From positions 62,001 to 126,000 of the forward strand of contig JAXLNO010000511.1 of assembly GCA_038087875.1 (NCBI GenBank): 64,000 nt of DNA, written 5' to 3'. The stretch comes from Malacoraja senta. Taxonomy: Eukaryota. Positions 21,845-34,085 of this stretch are shown here, one piece after another. How positions within the stretch are numbered: position 1 is the first letter of the stretch; each line of letters begins with the position of its first letter. The translations under genes were made by a program, and so were the position numbers. A model generated the notes under the pieces. That model saw nothing but the letters and a program-made list of their open reading frames with translations, was not told the DNA's origin and did no database searches.

Positions 21845-23099
21845 GTTTTTGCATGCTGAATTTTCGTCACGTTTCGCATGCTGAATTTTTGTAGCTTTTC
21901 GCATGCTGAAATTTCGTCGCATTTCATGTGCTGAATTTTCGTGGCTTTTCGCTTCCTGAAGGTTCGTCACTTTTCACGTGCTGAAAATTAGTCGTTTTAT
22001 GTGTCCTGATGTTTCGTGGCTTTTCGCGTCCGGAAGTTACGTCGCTTTTCATGTGCTGAATTTTCGTCGCTTTACGAGTGCTGAATTTTTGTCGCTTTTC
22101 ACATGCTTCATTTTCGTCGCTTTTCCCGTGCTTCATTTTCAGCACTTTTCGCGTCCTGAAGATCCATCGGTTTTCGAATGCAGAATTTTTGTCGATTTTC
22201 ACTTGCTGAATTTTCGTCACTTTTCGCGTGCTGAATTTTTGTCACTTTTCATGTTCTGAAATGTCGTCTCTTTTCGCGTGCTGAATTTTCGTCGCTTTTC
22301 GTGTGCTGAATTTTTGTTGCTTTTCGCAGGCTGAATTTTCGTTGCTTTTCATGTGCTGAAATTTTGTCGCCTTTCACGTCCTGAAATTTCATCTCTTGAT
22401 GCGTCCTGATGTTTCATCACTTTTCGCATCCTGAATTTACGCCGCTTTTCGTGTGCTGAATTTTCATCGCCTTTCGCGTGCTTTATTTCGTCGATTTTCG
22501 CGTCCTGAAGGTTCGCAGTTTTTTCGCATGCTGAAATTTCGTCGCTTTTTTCATGTCGATTTGTCGTTGCTTTTCGCATGATGAATTTCCGTCACTTTTC
22601 ATGTTCTTAAATTTCGTCACTTTTCACGTGCTGAACTTTTGTCGTTTTTCACGTCCTCGAGGTTCGTTACTTTTTTCATGCAGAATTTTCGTTGTTTTCA
22701 CGTGCTGAATTTTCGTTGCTTTTTGGGTGCTGAATTTTCGTCGCTTTTTACGTCCTGGTTTGTCGCTTTTCGCCTGCTGAATTTTTGTCGCTTTTCGCGT
22801 GCTCAACTTTTGTAGCTTTTCGCATGGTGAATTTTTGTACAATTCCAACTGCTTGATTTTCGTCACATTTCACGTGCTTCATTTTCATCGCTTTTTGCAG
22901 GCGGAATATTCGTTGCTTTTCACGTGCTGAATTTTCATCGCTTTTCTTGTCCTGAAGGTTCAATGCTTCTCACGTGCTGAATTTTCATCACTTTTCATGT
23001 CCTGAATTTTCGTCGCCTTTCGCGTGCTTCATTTTCATCGCCTTTAGCCTGCTTCATTTTCATCACTTTTCATGTACTGAAGGTTCATCGCTTTTGGCA

Positions 23100-26000
23100 T
23101 GCTGAATTTTCGTCGCTTTTCCAGTGCTTCATTTTCATCGCTTTTCGCGTCCAGAATGTTCGTCCCTTTTCGCATGCTGAATTTTCGTCGATTTTCGCAT
23201 GCTGAATTTTCGTCACTTTTCGTGTGCTGAATTTTCGTCGCTTTTCACGTTCTGAAATTCCGTCACTTTTCGCGTGCTGAATTTTCGTCGCTTTTCGCAG
23301 GCAGAATTTTTGTTGCTTTTTTACGTGTTTCATTTTCATCACTTTACACGTCCTGAATGTTCGTCACTTTTCACGTGCTGAATTTTAGTCGCTTTTCGCA
23401 GGCTGAGCTTTCATCGTTTTTCACGTGCTGTATTTTCATCACTTTTAGCATGCTAAATATGCGTCGCTTTTCGCATGCTGAATTTTTGTCGCCTTTTTCA
23501 AGCTGAATTTTAATCGCTTTTCGCGTGCTTCATTTTCATTACTTTTCGTGTCCTGAAGGTTCGTCGCTTTTCGCATGGTGAAGTTTCGTCGCTTTTCACG
23601 TCCTGAATTTACGTCGCTTTTCATGCGCTGAAATTATGTTGCTTTGCAAGTGCTGAAATTTTCGTCGCTTTTTTGTTGCTTTTCCCGTTGCCTTTTGCGT
23701 GCTGAATTTTCATCGCTTTTTGCATGCTGTGCTTTAGTAGATTTTTGCCTGCTGAATTTTCATCACATTTTGCGTGATGAAATTTCATCGCTTTTCACGT
23801 TCTGAAATTCTGGCACTTTTCACGTGCTGAATTTTCGTCGCTTTTCGCATCCTGAAGATTCGTCGCATTTCGCCTGCTGAATTTTCCTCACTTTTCGCGT
23901 TCTGAATTTTTATCACTTTTCACAGGCTGAGTTTTCGTCGCATTTCACATACTGTATTTTTGTCACTTTTTGTATGCTGAATTTTCATCGCCTTTCGCAT
24001 GCTTCATTTTCATCGCCTTTCGCGTGCATCATTTTTTTTTATCACTTTTTGCACCCTGAAGGTTCGTCGCTTTTCGCATGCTGAAGTTTCGTCACTTTTC
24101 GCGTGCTGAATTTTGTCACTTTTCATGTTCTGAAATGACATCTCTTTTCACGTGCTGAAATTCCTCGCTTTTCGCGTGCTGAATTTTCATCGCTTTTCGC
24201 AGGCTGAATTTTCATCACTTTTCAATGTGCTGAAATTTTGTCGCTTTTCTCGTGCTGAGATTTTCGTCGCTTTGTGCTCTTATGTTTTGTTGCTTTTCGC
24301 TTGCTGGATTTACGTTGCTTTCCGTGTGCTCAATTTTCATCACTTTTCCAGTGCTGAACATTTGTCACTTTTCGCATGCTGAATTTTCGTCGCTTTTCGC
24401 ACGCTGAATTTTCGTCGCTTTTCACGTTCCCAAATTTCATCACTTTTCTCGTGCTGAATTTTCGTCGCTTTTCATGTCCCGAAGGTTCGTCGCTTTTCGT
24501 GTCTTGATATTTCATCGCTTTTCGCATCCTGAAATTACGTCACTTTTCGTGTGCTGAATTTTCATCGCCTTTCGCGTGCCTCGTTTTCATTGCTTTTTGT
24601 GTCCTGAATGGTAGTCGCTTTTCGCATGCTGAATTTTCGTCGCTTTTCGCGTGCTGAATTTTCGTCGCTTTTCGCGTGCTGAATTTTCGTCGCTTTTCGC
24701 GTGCTGAATTTTAGTCGCTTTTCACGTCCTCAAGGTTCATTGCTTTTCTCATGCAGAATTTTCATTGCTTTTCAGGTGCTGAATTTTCGTCGCTTTTTGT
24801 GTGCTGAATTTTCGTCACTTTCAACGTTCTGAAATTTCATCATTTTCGCGTGCTGAATTTTCATCGCTTTTCACGTCCTGAAGGTTTGTCGCTTTTCGTC
24901 TGCTGAATTTTTGTTGCTTTTCACGTGCTCAAATTTTGTAACTTTTCGCATGCTGGATTTTACTACAATTCCACGTGCTTCATTTTCCACACATTCCACG
25001 TGCTTCATTTTCGTCGCTTTTTGCAGGCGGAATTTTCGTCGCTTTTCACGTGTTGAATTTTCATCGCTTTTCTTGTCCTGAAGGTTCGTCGCTTTTTGCA
25101 TGCTGAATTTTCATCGCTTTTCGCATGCTGAATTTTTGTAGCTTTTCACATGCTGAAATTTCGTCGCATTTCGTGTGCTGAATTTTTGTAGCTTTTCGCT
25201 TCCTGAATGTTCGTCACTTTTCACGTGCTGGAAATTAGTTGCTTTATGCGTCCTGATGTTTCGTCGCTTTTCGTGTCCTGAATTTACATGGCTTTTCATG
25301 TGCTGAATTTTCATCGCTTTATGTGTGCTGAATTGTTGTCGCTTTTTGCATGCTGAATTTTCGTCGCTTTTCCCGTGCTTCATTTTCATCACTTTTCGAA
25401 TCCTGAAGATTCGTCGCTTTTCGCATTCTGAATTTTTGTCGATTTTCATTTGCTGAATTTTCGTCACTTTTCGCGTGCTGAATTTTTGTCGATTTTCGCA
25501 TGCGGAAATGTCGTCTCTTTTCGCGTGCTGAATTTTCGTCGCTTTTCACATGGTGAATTTTTGTCGCTTTTCCCCGGCTGCATTTCCGTTGCTTTTCATG
25601 TTTTGTAGATTTTCGCATGCTGAATTTTCGTCACATTTCACGTGCTGAATTTTCTTGGCTTTTCACGTTCTGAAATTTTGTCACTTTTCGCGTGCTGAAT
25701 TTTTGTCGCTTTTCGCATCGTGAATTCATCGCATTTCGCCTGCTGAATTTTCCTTACTTTTCGCGTGCTGAATTTTTGTCGCTTTTCGCAGGCTGAGGTT
25801 TTGTCACTTATTACGTGCTGTATTTTTGACACTTTTTGCATGCTGAATTTTCGTCGCTTTTCCAGTGCTTCATTTTCATCGCTTTTCGCGTCCAGAATGT
25901 TCGTCCCTTTTCGCATGCTGAATTTTCGTCGATTTTCGCATGCTGAATTTTCGTCACTTTTCGTGTGCTGAATTTTCGTCGCTTTTCACGTTCTGAAATT

Positions 26001-28515
26001 CCGTCACTTTTCGCGTGCTGAATTTTCGTCGCTTTTCGCAGGCAGAATTTTTGTTGCTTTTTTACGTGTTTCATTTTCATCACTTTACACGTCCTGAATG
26101 TTCGTCACTTTTCACGTGCTGAATTTTAGTCGCTTTTCGCAGGCTGAGCTTTCATCGTTTTTCACGTGCTGTATTTTCATCACTTTTAGCATGCTAAATA
26201 TGCGTCGCTTTTCGCATGCTGAATTTTTGTCGCCTTTTTCAAGCTGAATTTTAATCGCTTTTCGCGTGCTTCATTTTCATTACTTTTCGTGTCCTGAAGG
26301 TTCGTCGCTTTTCGCATGGTGAAGTTTCGTCGCTTTTCACGTCCTGAATTTACGTCGCTTTTCATGCGCTGAAATTATGTTGCTTTGCAAGTGCTGAAAT
26401 TTTCGTCGCTTTTTTGTTGCTTTTCCCGTTGCCTTTTGCGTGCTGAATTTTCATCGCTTTTTGCATGCTGTGCATTAGTAGATTTTTGCCTGCTGAATTT
26501 TCATCACATTTTGCGTGATGAAATTTCATCGCTTTTCACGTTCTGAAATTCTGGCACTTTTCACGTGCTGAATTTTCGTCGCTTTTCGCATCCTGAAGAT
26601 TCGTCGCATTTCGCCTGCTGAATTTTCCTCACTTTTCGCGTTCTGAATTTTTATCACTTTTCACAGGCTGAGTTTTCGTCGCATTTCACATACTGTATTT
26701 TTGTCACTTTTTGTATGCTGAATTTTCATCGCCTTTCGCATGCTTCATTTTCATCGCCTTTCGCGTGCATCATTTTTTTAATCACTTTTTGCACCCTGAA
26801 GGTTCGTCGCTTTTCGCATGCTGAAGTTTCGTCACTTTTCGCGTGCTGAATTTTGTCACTTTTCATGTTCTGAAATGACATCTCTTTTCACGTGCTGAAA
26901 TTCCTCGCTTTTCGCGTGCTGAATTTTCATCGCTTTTCGCAGGCTGAATTTTCATCACTTTTCAATGTGCTGAAATTTTGTCGCTTTTCTCGTGCTGAGA
27001 TTTTCGTCGCTTTGTGCTCTTATGTTTTGTTGCTTTTCGCTTGCTGGATTTACGTTGCTTTCCGTGTGCTCAATTTTCATCACTTTTCCAGTGCTGAACA
27101 TTTGTCACTTTTCGCATGCTGAATTTTCGTCGCTTTTCGCACGCTGAATTTTCGTCGCTTTTCACGTTCCCAAATTTCATCACTTTTCTCGTGCTGAATT
27201 TTCGTTGCTTTTCATGTCCCGAAGGTTCGTCGCTTTTCGTGTCTTGATATTTCATCGCTTTTCGCATCCTGAAATTACGTCACTTTTCGTGTGCTGAATT
27301 TTCATCGCCTTTCGCGTGCCTCGTTTTCATTGCTTTTTGTGTCCTGAATGGTAGTCGCTTTTCGCATGCTGAATTTTCGTCGCTTTTCGCGTGCTGAATT
27401 TTCGTCGCTTTTCGCGTGCTGAATTTTCGTCGCTTTTCGCGTGCTGAATTTTAGTCGCTTTTCACGTCCTCAAGGTTCATTGCTTTTCTCATGCAGAATT
27501 TTCATTGCTTTTCAGGTGCTGAATTTTCGTCGCTTTTTGTGTGCTGAATTTTCGTCACTTTCAACGTTCTGAAATTTCATCATTTTCGCGTGCTGAATTT
27601 TCGTCGCTTTTCACGTCCTGAAGGTTTGTCGCTTTTCGTCTGCTGAATTTTTGTTGCTTTTCACGTGCTCAAATTTTGTAACTTTTTGCATGCTGGATTT
27701 TACTACAATTCCACGTGCTTCATTTTCCACACATTCCACGTGCTTCATTTTCGTCGCTTTTTGCAGGCGGAATTTTCGTCGCTTTTCACGTGTTGAATTT
27801 TCAGCGCTTTTCTTGTCCTGAAGGTTCGTCGCTTTTTGCATGCTGAATTTTCATCGCTTTTCGCATGCTGAATTTTTGTAGCTTTTCACATGCTGAAATT
27901 TCGTCGCATTTCGTGTGCTGAATTTTTGTAGCTTTTCGCTTCCTGAATGTTCGTCACTTTTCACGTGCTGGAAATTAGTTGCTTTATGCGTCCTGATGTT
28001 TCGTCGCTTTTCGTGTCCTGAATTTACATGGCTTTTCATGTGCTGAATTTTCATCGCTTTATGTGTGCTGAATTGTTGTCGCTTTTTGCATGCTGAATTT
28101 TCGTCGCTTTTCCCGTGCTTCATATTCATCACTTTTCGCATCCTGAAGATTCGTCGCTTTTCGCATTCTGAATTTTTGTCGATTTTCATTTGCTGAATTT
28201 TCGTCACTTTTCGCGTGCTGAATTTTTGTCGATTTTCGCATGCGGAAATGTCGTCTCTTTTCGCGTGCTGAATTTTCGTCGCTTTTCACATGGTGAATTT
28301 TTGTCGCTTTTCGCCGGCTGCATTTCCGTTGCTTTTCATGTTTTGTAGATTTTCGCATGCTGAATTTTCGTCACATTTCACGTGCTGAATTTTCTTGGCT
28401 TTTCACGTTCTGAAATTTTGTCACTTTTCGCGTGCTGAATTTTTGTCGCTTTTCGCAGGCTGAGGTTTTGTCACTTATTACGTGCTGTATTTTTGACACT
28501 TTTTGCATGCTGAAT
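23100..28515 (+). repeat. Tandem duplication of a ~2,740-bp satellite segment
   Basis: Matching ORFs at offset 2740 (24152/26892, 24330/27070, 24871/27611, 25111/27851, 25319/28059). Confidence 0.9.
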
Positions 28516-28779
28516 TTTCATCGCCTTTCGCGTGCTTCATTTTCATCGCCTTTTGCGTGCTTCATTTTTTATAAATTTTCGCATTCTGAATTTATGTCTC
28601 TTTTCGTGTGCTGAATTTTCGTCGCTTTTCACGTTCTGAAATTCCGTCACTTTTCGCGTGCTGAATTTTCGTCGCTTTTCGCGTGCTGAATTTTTGTCGC
28701 TTTTCGCATGCTGAATTTTCGTCGCTTTTCTCTTTCTGAAATTTCCTTACTTTTCGCGTGCTGAATTTAAGTCGCTTTT

Positions 28780-31700
28780 CGCGTCCTGGTTCATCACTTT
28801 TGTCATGCTGAGTTTTCATCACTTTTCGCAGGCTGAGTTTTCGTCGCTTTTCACGTGCTGAAGGTTCATCATTTTTGACGTGCTGAATTTTCATCGCTTT
28901 TCGCTGGCTGAATTTTCGTCGCTTTTCATGTACTTAAATTTTGTCGCTTTGCACGTGCAGAAATTTTCTTCGCTTTATGTGTCCCGATGTTTTGTTGCTT
29001 TTCATGTCCTGAATTTACGTTACTTTTTGTGTGCTTCATTTTCATCACTTTTCGTGTGCTTCATTTTCATCAGTTTTCACATACTGAAGGTTCGTCGTTT
29101 TTAGCATGCAAAATTTTTGTCGCTTTTCCCATGCTTCATTTTCATCACTTTGCGCGTCCTGAAGTTTCGTCACTTTTTGCATGCTCAAGTTTCGTCGCTT
29201 TTCGCATCCTGAAATTACTTTGCTTTGCGTGTGCTGAATTTTCGGCGTGTGCTGAATTTTCGGCGTGCTTCATTTTCATTACTTTTCGCATACTGGTTCT
29301 TTGCTTTTACCACGCTAAATTTTCGTAGCTTTTCCCTAGCTTCATTTTCATCACTTTTCGCATCCTGAAATTTCGTCACTTTTCGCGTCCTGAATTTACG
29401 TCGCTTTTCGTGTGCTGAATTTTCGTCGCTTTATGCGTGCTTCATTTTCATCACTTTTCGCATACTGAAAGTTCGTCGCATTTAGCATTCTAAATTTTCA
29501 TAACTTTTCCCGTGCTTCATTTTCATCGCTTTCGCATCCTGAAGTTTCGTCGCTTTTTGCGTCCTGAATTTTGTCACTTTTCGCATACTGAAGTTTCGTC
29601 GCTTTTCGCATGCTGAATATTCGTCGCTTTTCACATGCTGAATTTTCACCGCCTTTCGCGTGCTTCATTTTCATCACTTTTTGCATTCTGAAGTTTCGTC
29701 GCTTTTCGCATGCTGAAGTTTTGTCACTTTTTGCATCCTGAATTTACGGCGCTTTTCGTGTGCTGAATTTTCGGCGCTTTTCGCGTGCTTCATTTTTTTA
29801 TCACTTTTCGCATATAAACCTTTTCATATGCTGAACTTTTATCGCTTTGCGCAGGCTGATATTTCGTCGATTTTCCCGTGCTTCAATTTCATCGCTTTTG
29901 GCTCCTGAAGGTTCGTCACTTTTCGCGTGCTGAATTTTTGTCACTTTACGCATGCTGAATTTTCATTGCCTTTCACGTGCTTCATATTCATCGCCTTTCG
30001 CGTGCTTCATTTTCATCACTTTGCGCGTCCTGAAGTTTCGTCGCTTTTCGCGTCCTGCATTTACGTCGCTTTTCGTGTGCTGAATTTTTGTCGCTTTATG
30101 CGTGCTTCATTTTCATCACTTTTCGCATACTGAAAGTTCGTCGCATTTCGCATTCTAAATATTCATCACTTTTCCCGTGCTTCATTTTCATCGCTTTCAC
30201 ATCCTGAACGTTCGTCGCTTTTCACGTGCTGTATTTTCACTTTTCGCATGCTGAATATTCGTCGCTTTTCGCTTGCTGAATTTTTGTTGCATTTACCATG
30301 CTAAATTTTCGTCGCTTTTCCCGTGCTTCATTTTCATCGCATTTCGCATCCTGAAGTTTCGTCACTTTTTGCGTCCTGAATTTACGTCGCTTTCCGTGTG
30401 CTGAATTTTCGTCACATTTTGCGTGCTTCATTTTGTCACTTTTCGCATACTGAAGGCTCGTCGCTTTTAGCATGCTAAATTTTCGTTGCTTTTCCCGTGC
30501 TTCATTTCATCGCTTTCGCATCCTGAAGGTTCGTCGCTTTTCAAGTGCTGTATTGTCGTCGCTTTTCGCATGCTGAATATTCGTCGCTTTTCACATGCTG
30601 AATTTTCATCGCCTTTCGCGTGCTTCATTTTCATCACTTTTTGCATCCTGAAGTTTCGTCGCTTTTCGCATGCTGAAGTTTTGTCACTTTTTGCATCCTG
30701 AATTTACGGCGCTTTTCGTGTGCTGAATTCTCGGCGCTTTTCGCGTGCTTCATTTTTTATCACTTTTCGCATAGTAAACGTCCGTCGCTTTTAGCATGCT
30801 AAATTTTCGTCGCTTTTCTCGTGCTTCATTTTCTCGTGCTTTCACGTCCTGAAGGTTTGTCGCTTTTCATCTGCTGAATTTTTGTTGCTTTTCACGTGCT
30901 CAAATTTTGTAACTTTTCGCATGCTGGATTTTACTACAATTCCACGTGCTTCATTTCCCACACATTCCACGTGCTTCATTTTCGTCGCTTTTTGCAGGCG
31001 GAATTTTCATCGCTTTTCGCATGCTGAATTTTTGTAGCTTTTCACATGCTGAAATTTCGTCGCATTTCGTGTGCTGAATTTTTGTAGCTTTTCGCTTCCT
31101 GAATGTTCGTCACTTTTCACGTGCTGAAAATTAGTTGCTTTATGCGTCCTGATGTTTCGTCGCTTTTCGTGTCCTGAATTTACATGGCTTTTCATGTGCT
31201 GAATTTTCATCGCTTTATGTGTGCTGAATTGTTGTCGCTTTTTGCATGCTGAATTTTCGTCGCTTTTCCCGTGCTTCATTTTCATCACTTTTCGCATCCT
31301 GAAGATTCGTCGCTTTTCGCATTCTGAATTTTTGTCGATTTTCATTTGCTGAATTTTCGTCACTTTTCGCGTGCTGAATTTTTGTCGATTTTCGCATGCG
31401 GAAATGTCGTCTCTTTTCGCGTGCTGAATTTTCGTCGCTTTTCACGTCCTGGTTCATCACTTTTGTCATGCTGAGTTTTCATCACTTTTCGCAGGCTGAG
31501 TTTTCGTCGCTTTTCACGTGCTGAAGGTTCATCATTTTTGACGTGCTGAATTTTCATCGCTTTTCGCTGGCTGAATTTTCGTCGCTTTTCATGTACTTAA
31601 ATTTTGTCGCTTTGCACGTGCAGAAATTTTCTTCGCTTTATGTGTCCCGATGTTTTGTTGCTTTTCATGTCCTGAATTTACGTTGCTTTTTGTGTGCTTC

Positions 31701-34085
31701 ATTTTCATCACTTTTCGTGTGCTTCATTTTCATCAGTTTTCACATACTGAAGGTTCGTCGTTTTTAGCATGCTAAATTTTTGTCGCTTTTCCCATGATTC
31801 ATTTTCATCGCTTTTCGCATCCTGAAGGTTCGTCGTTTTTAGCATGCAAAATTTTTGTCGCTTTTCCCATGCTTCATTTTCATCACTTTGCGCGTCCTGA
31901 AGTTTCGTCACTTTTTGCATGCTCAAGTTTCGTCGCTTTTCGCATCCTGAAATTACTTTGCTTTGCGTGTGCTGAATTTTCGGCGTGTGCTGAATTTTCG
32001 GCGTGCTTCATTTTCATTACTTTTCGCATACTGGTTCTTTGCTTTTACCACGCTAAATTTTCGTAGCTTTTCCCTAGCTTCATTTTCATCACTTTTCGCA
32101 TCCTGAAATTTCGTCACTTTTCGCGTCCTGAATTTACGTCGCTTTTCGTGTGCTGAATTTTCGTCGCTTTATGCGTGCTTCATTTTCATCACTTTTCGCA
32201 TACTGAAAGTTCGTCGCATTTAGCATTCTAAATTTTCATAACTTTTCCCGTGCTTCATTTTCATCGCTTTCGCATCCTGAAGTTTCGTCGCTTTTTGCGT
32301 CCTGAATTTTGTCACTTTTCGCATACTGAAGTTTCGTCGCTTTTCGCATGCTGAATATTCGTCGCTTTTCACATGCTGAATTTTCACCGCCTTTCGCGTG
32401 CTTCATTTTCATCACTTTTTGCATTCTGAAGTTTCGTCGCTTTTCGCATGCTGAAGTTTTGTCACTTTTTGCATCCTGAATTTACGGCGCTTTTCGTGTG
32501 CTGAATTTTCGGCGCTTTTCGCGTGCTTCATTTTTTATCACTTTTCGCATAGTAAACCTTTTCATATGCTGAACTTTTATCGCTTTGCGCAGGCTGATAT
32601 TTCGTCGATTTTCCCGTGCTTCAATTTCATCGCTTTTTGCCTCCTGAAGGTTCGTCACTTTTCGCGTGCTGAATTTTTGTCACTTTACGCATGCTGAATT
32701 TTCATTGCCTTTCACGTGCTTCATATTCATCGCCTTTCGCGTGCTTCATTTTCATCACTTTGCGCGTCCTGAAGTTTCGTCGCTTTTCGTGTCCTGCATT
32801 TACGTCGCTTTTCGTGTGCTGAATTTTTGTCGCTTTATGCGTGCTTCATTTTCATCACTTTTCGCATACTGAAAGTTCGTCGCTTTTCACGTGCTGTATT
32901 TTCACTTTTCGCATGCTGAATATTCGTCGCTTTTCGCTTGCTGAATTTTTGTTGCATTTACCATGCTAAATTTTCGTCGCTTTTCCCGTGCTTCATTTTC
33001 ATCGCATTTCGCATCCTGAAGTTTCGTCGCTTTTTGCGTCCTGAATTTACGTCGCTTTCCGTGTGCTGAATTTTCGTCACATTTTGCGTGCTTCATTTTG
33101 TCACTTTTCGCATACTGAAGGCTCGTCGCTTTTAGCATGCTAAATTTTCGTTGCTTTTCCCGTGCTTCATTTCATCGCTTTCGCATCCTGAAGGTTCGTC
33201 GCTTTTCAAGTGCTGTATTTTCGTCGCTTTTCGCATGCTGAATTTTCATCGCCTTTCGCGTGCTTCATTTTCATCACTTTTTGCATCCTGAAGTTTCGTC
33301 GCTTTTCGCATGCTGAAGTTTTGTCACTTTTTGCATCCTGAATTTACGGCGCTTTTCGTGTGCTGAATTCTCGGCGCTTTTCGCGTGCTTCATTTTTTAT
33401 CACTTTTCGCATAGTAAACGTCCGTCGCTTTTAGCATGCTAAATTTTCGTCGCTTTTCTCGTGCTTCATTTTCTCGTGCTTTCACGTCCTGAAGGTTTGT
33501 CGCTTTTCGTCTGCTGAATTTTTGTTGCTTTTCACGTGCTCAAATTTTGTAACTTTTCGCATGCTGGATTTTACTACAATTCCACGTGCTTCATTTCCCA
33601 CACATTCCACGTGCTTCATTTTCGTCGCTTTTTGCAGGCGGAATTTTCATCGCTTTTCGCATGCTGAATTTTTGTAGCTTTTCACATGCTGAAATTTCGT
33701 CGCATTTCGTGTGCTGAATTTTTGTAGCTTTTCGCTTCCTGAATGTTCGTCACTTTTCACGTGCTGAAAATTAGTTGCTTTATGCGTCCTGATGTTTCGT
33801 CGCTTTTCGTGTCCTGAATTTACATGGCTTTTCATGTGCTGAATTTTCATCGCTTTATGTGTGCTGAATTGTTGTCGCTTTTTGCATGCTGAATTTTCGT
33901 CGCTTTTCCCGTGCTTCATTTTCATCACTTTTCGCATCCTGAAGATTCGTCGCTTTTCGCATTCTGAATTTTTGTCGATTTTCATTTGCTGAATTTTCGT
34001 CACTTTTCGCGTGCTGAATTTTTGTCGATTTTCGCATGCGGAAATGTCGTCTCTTTTCGCGTGCTGAATTTTCGTCGCTTTTCAC
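28780..34085 (+). repeat. Tandem duplication of a ~2.65-kb satellite segment; a further partial copy runs to ~35830
   Basis: ORF pairs 28880/31543, 29498/32236, 29927/32666, 30237/32902 and 31007/33647. A third copy is marked by 28592/34465 and 28880/34753. Confidence 0.8.
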
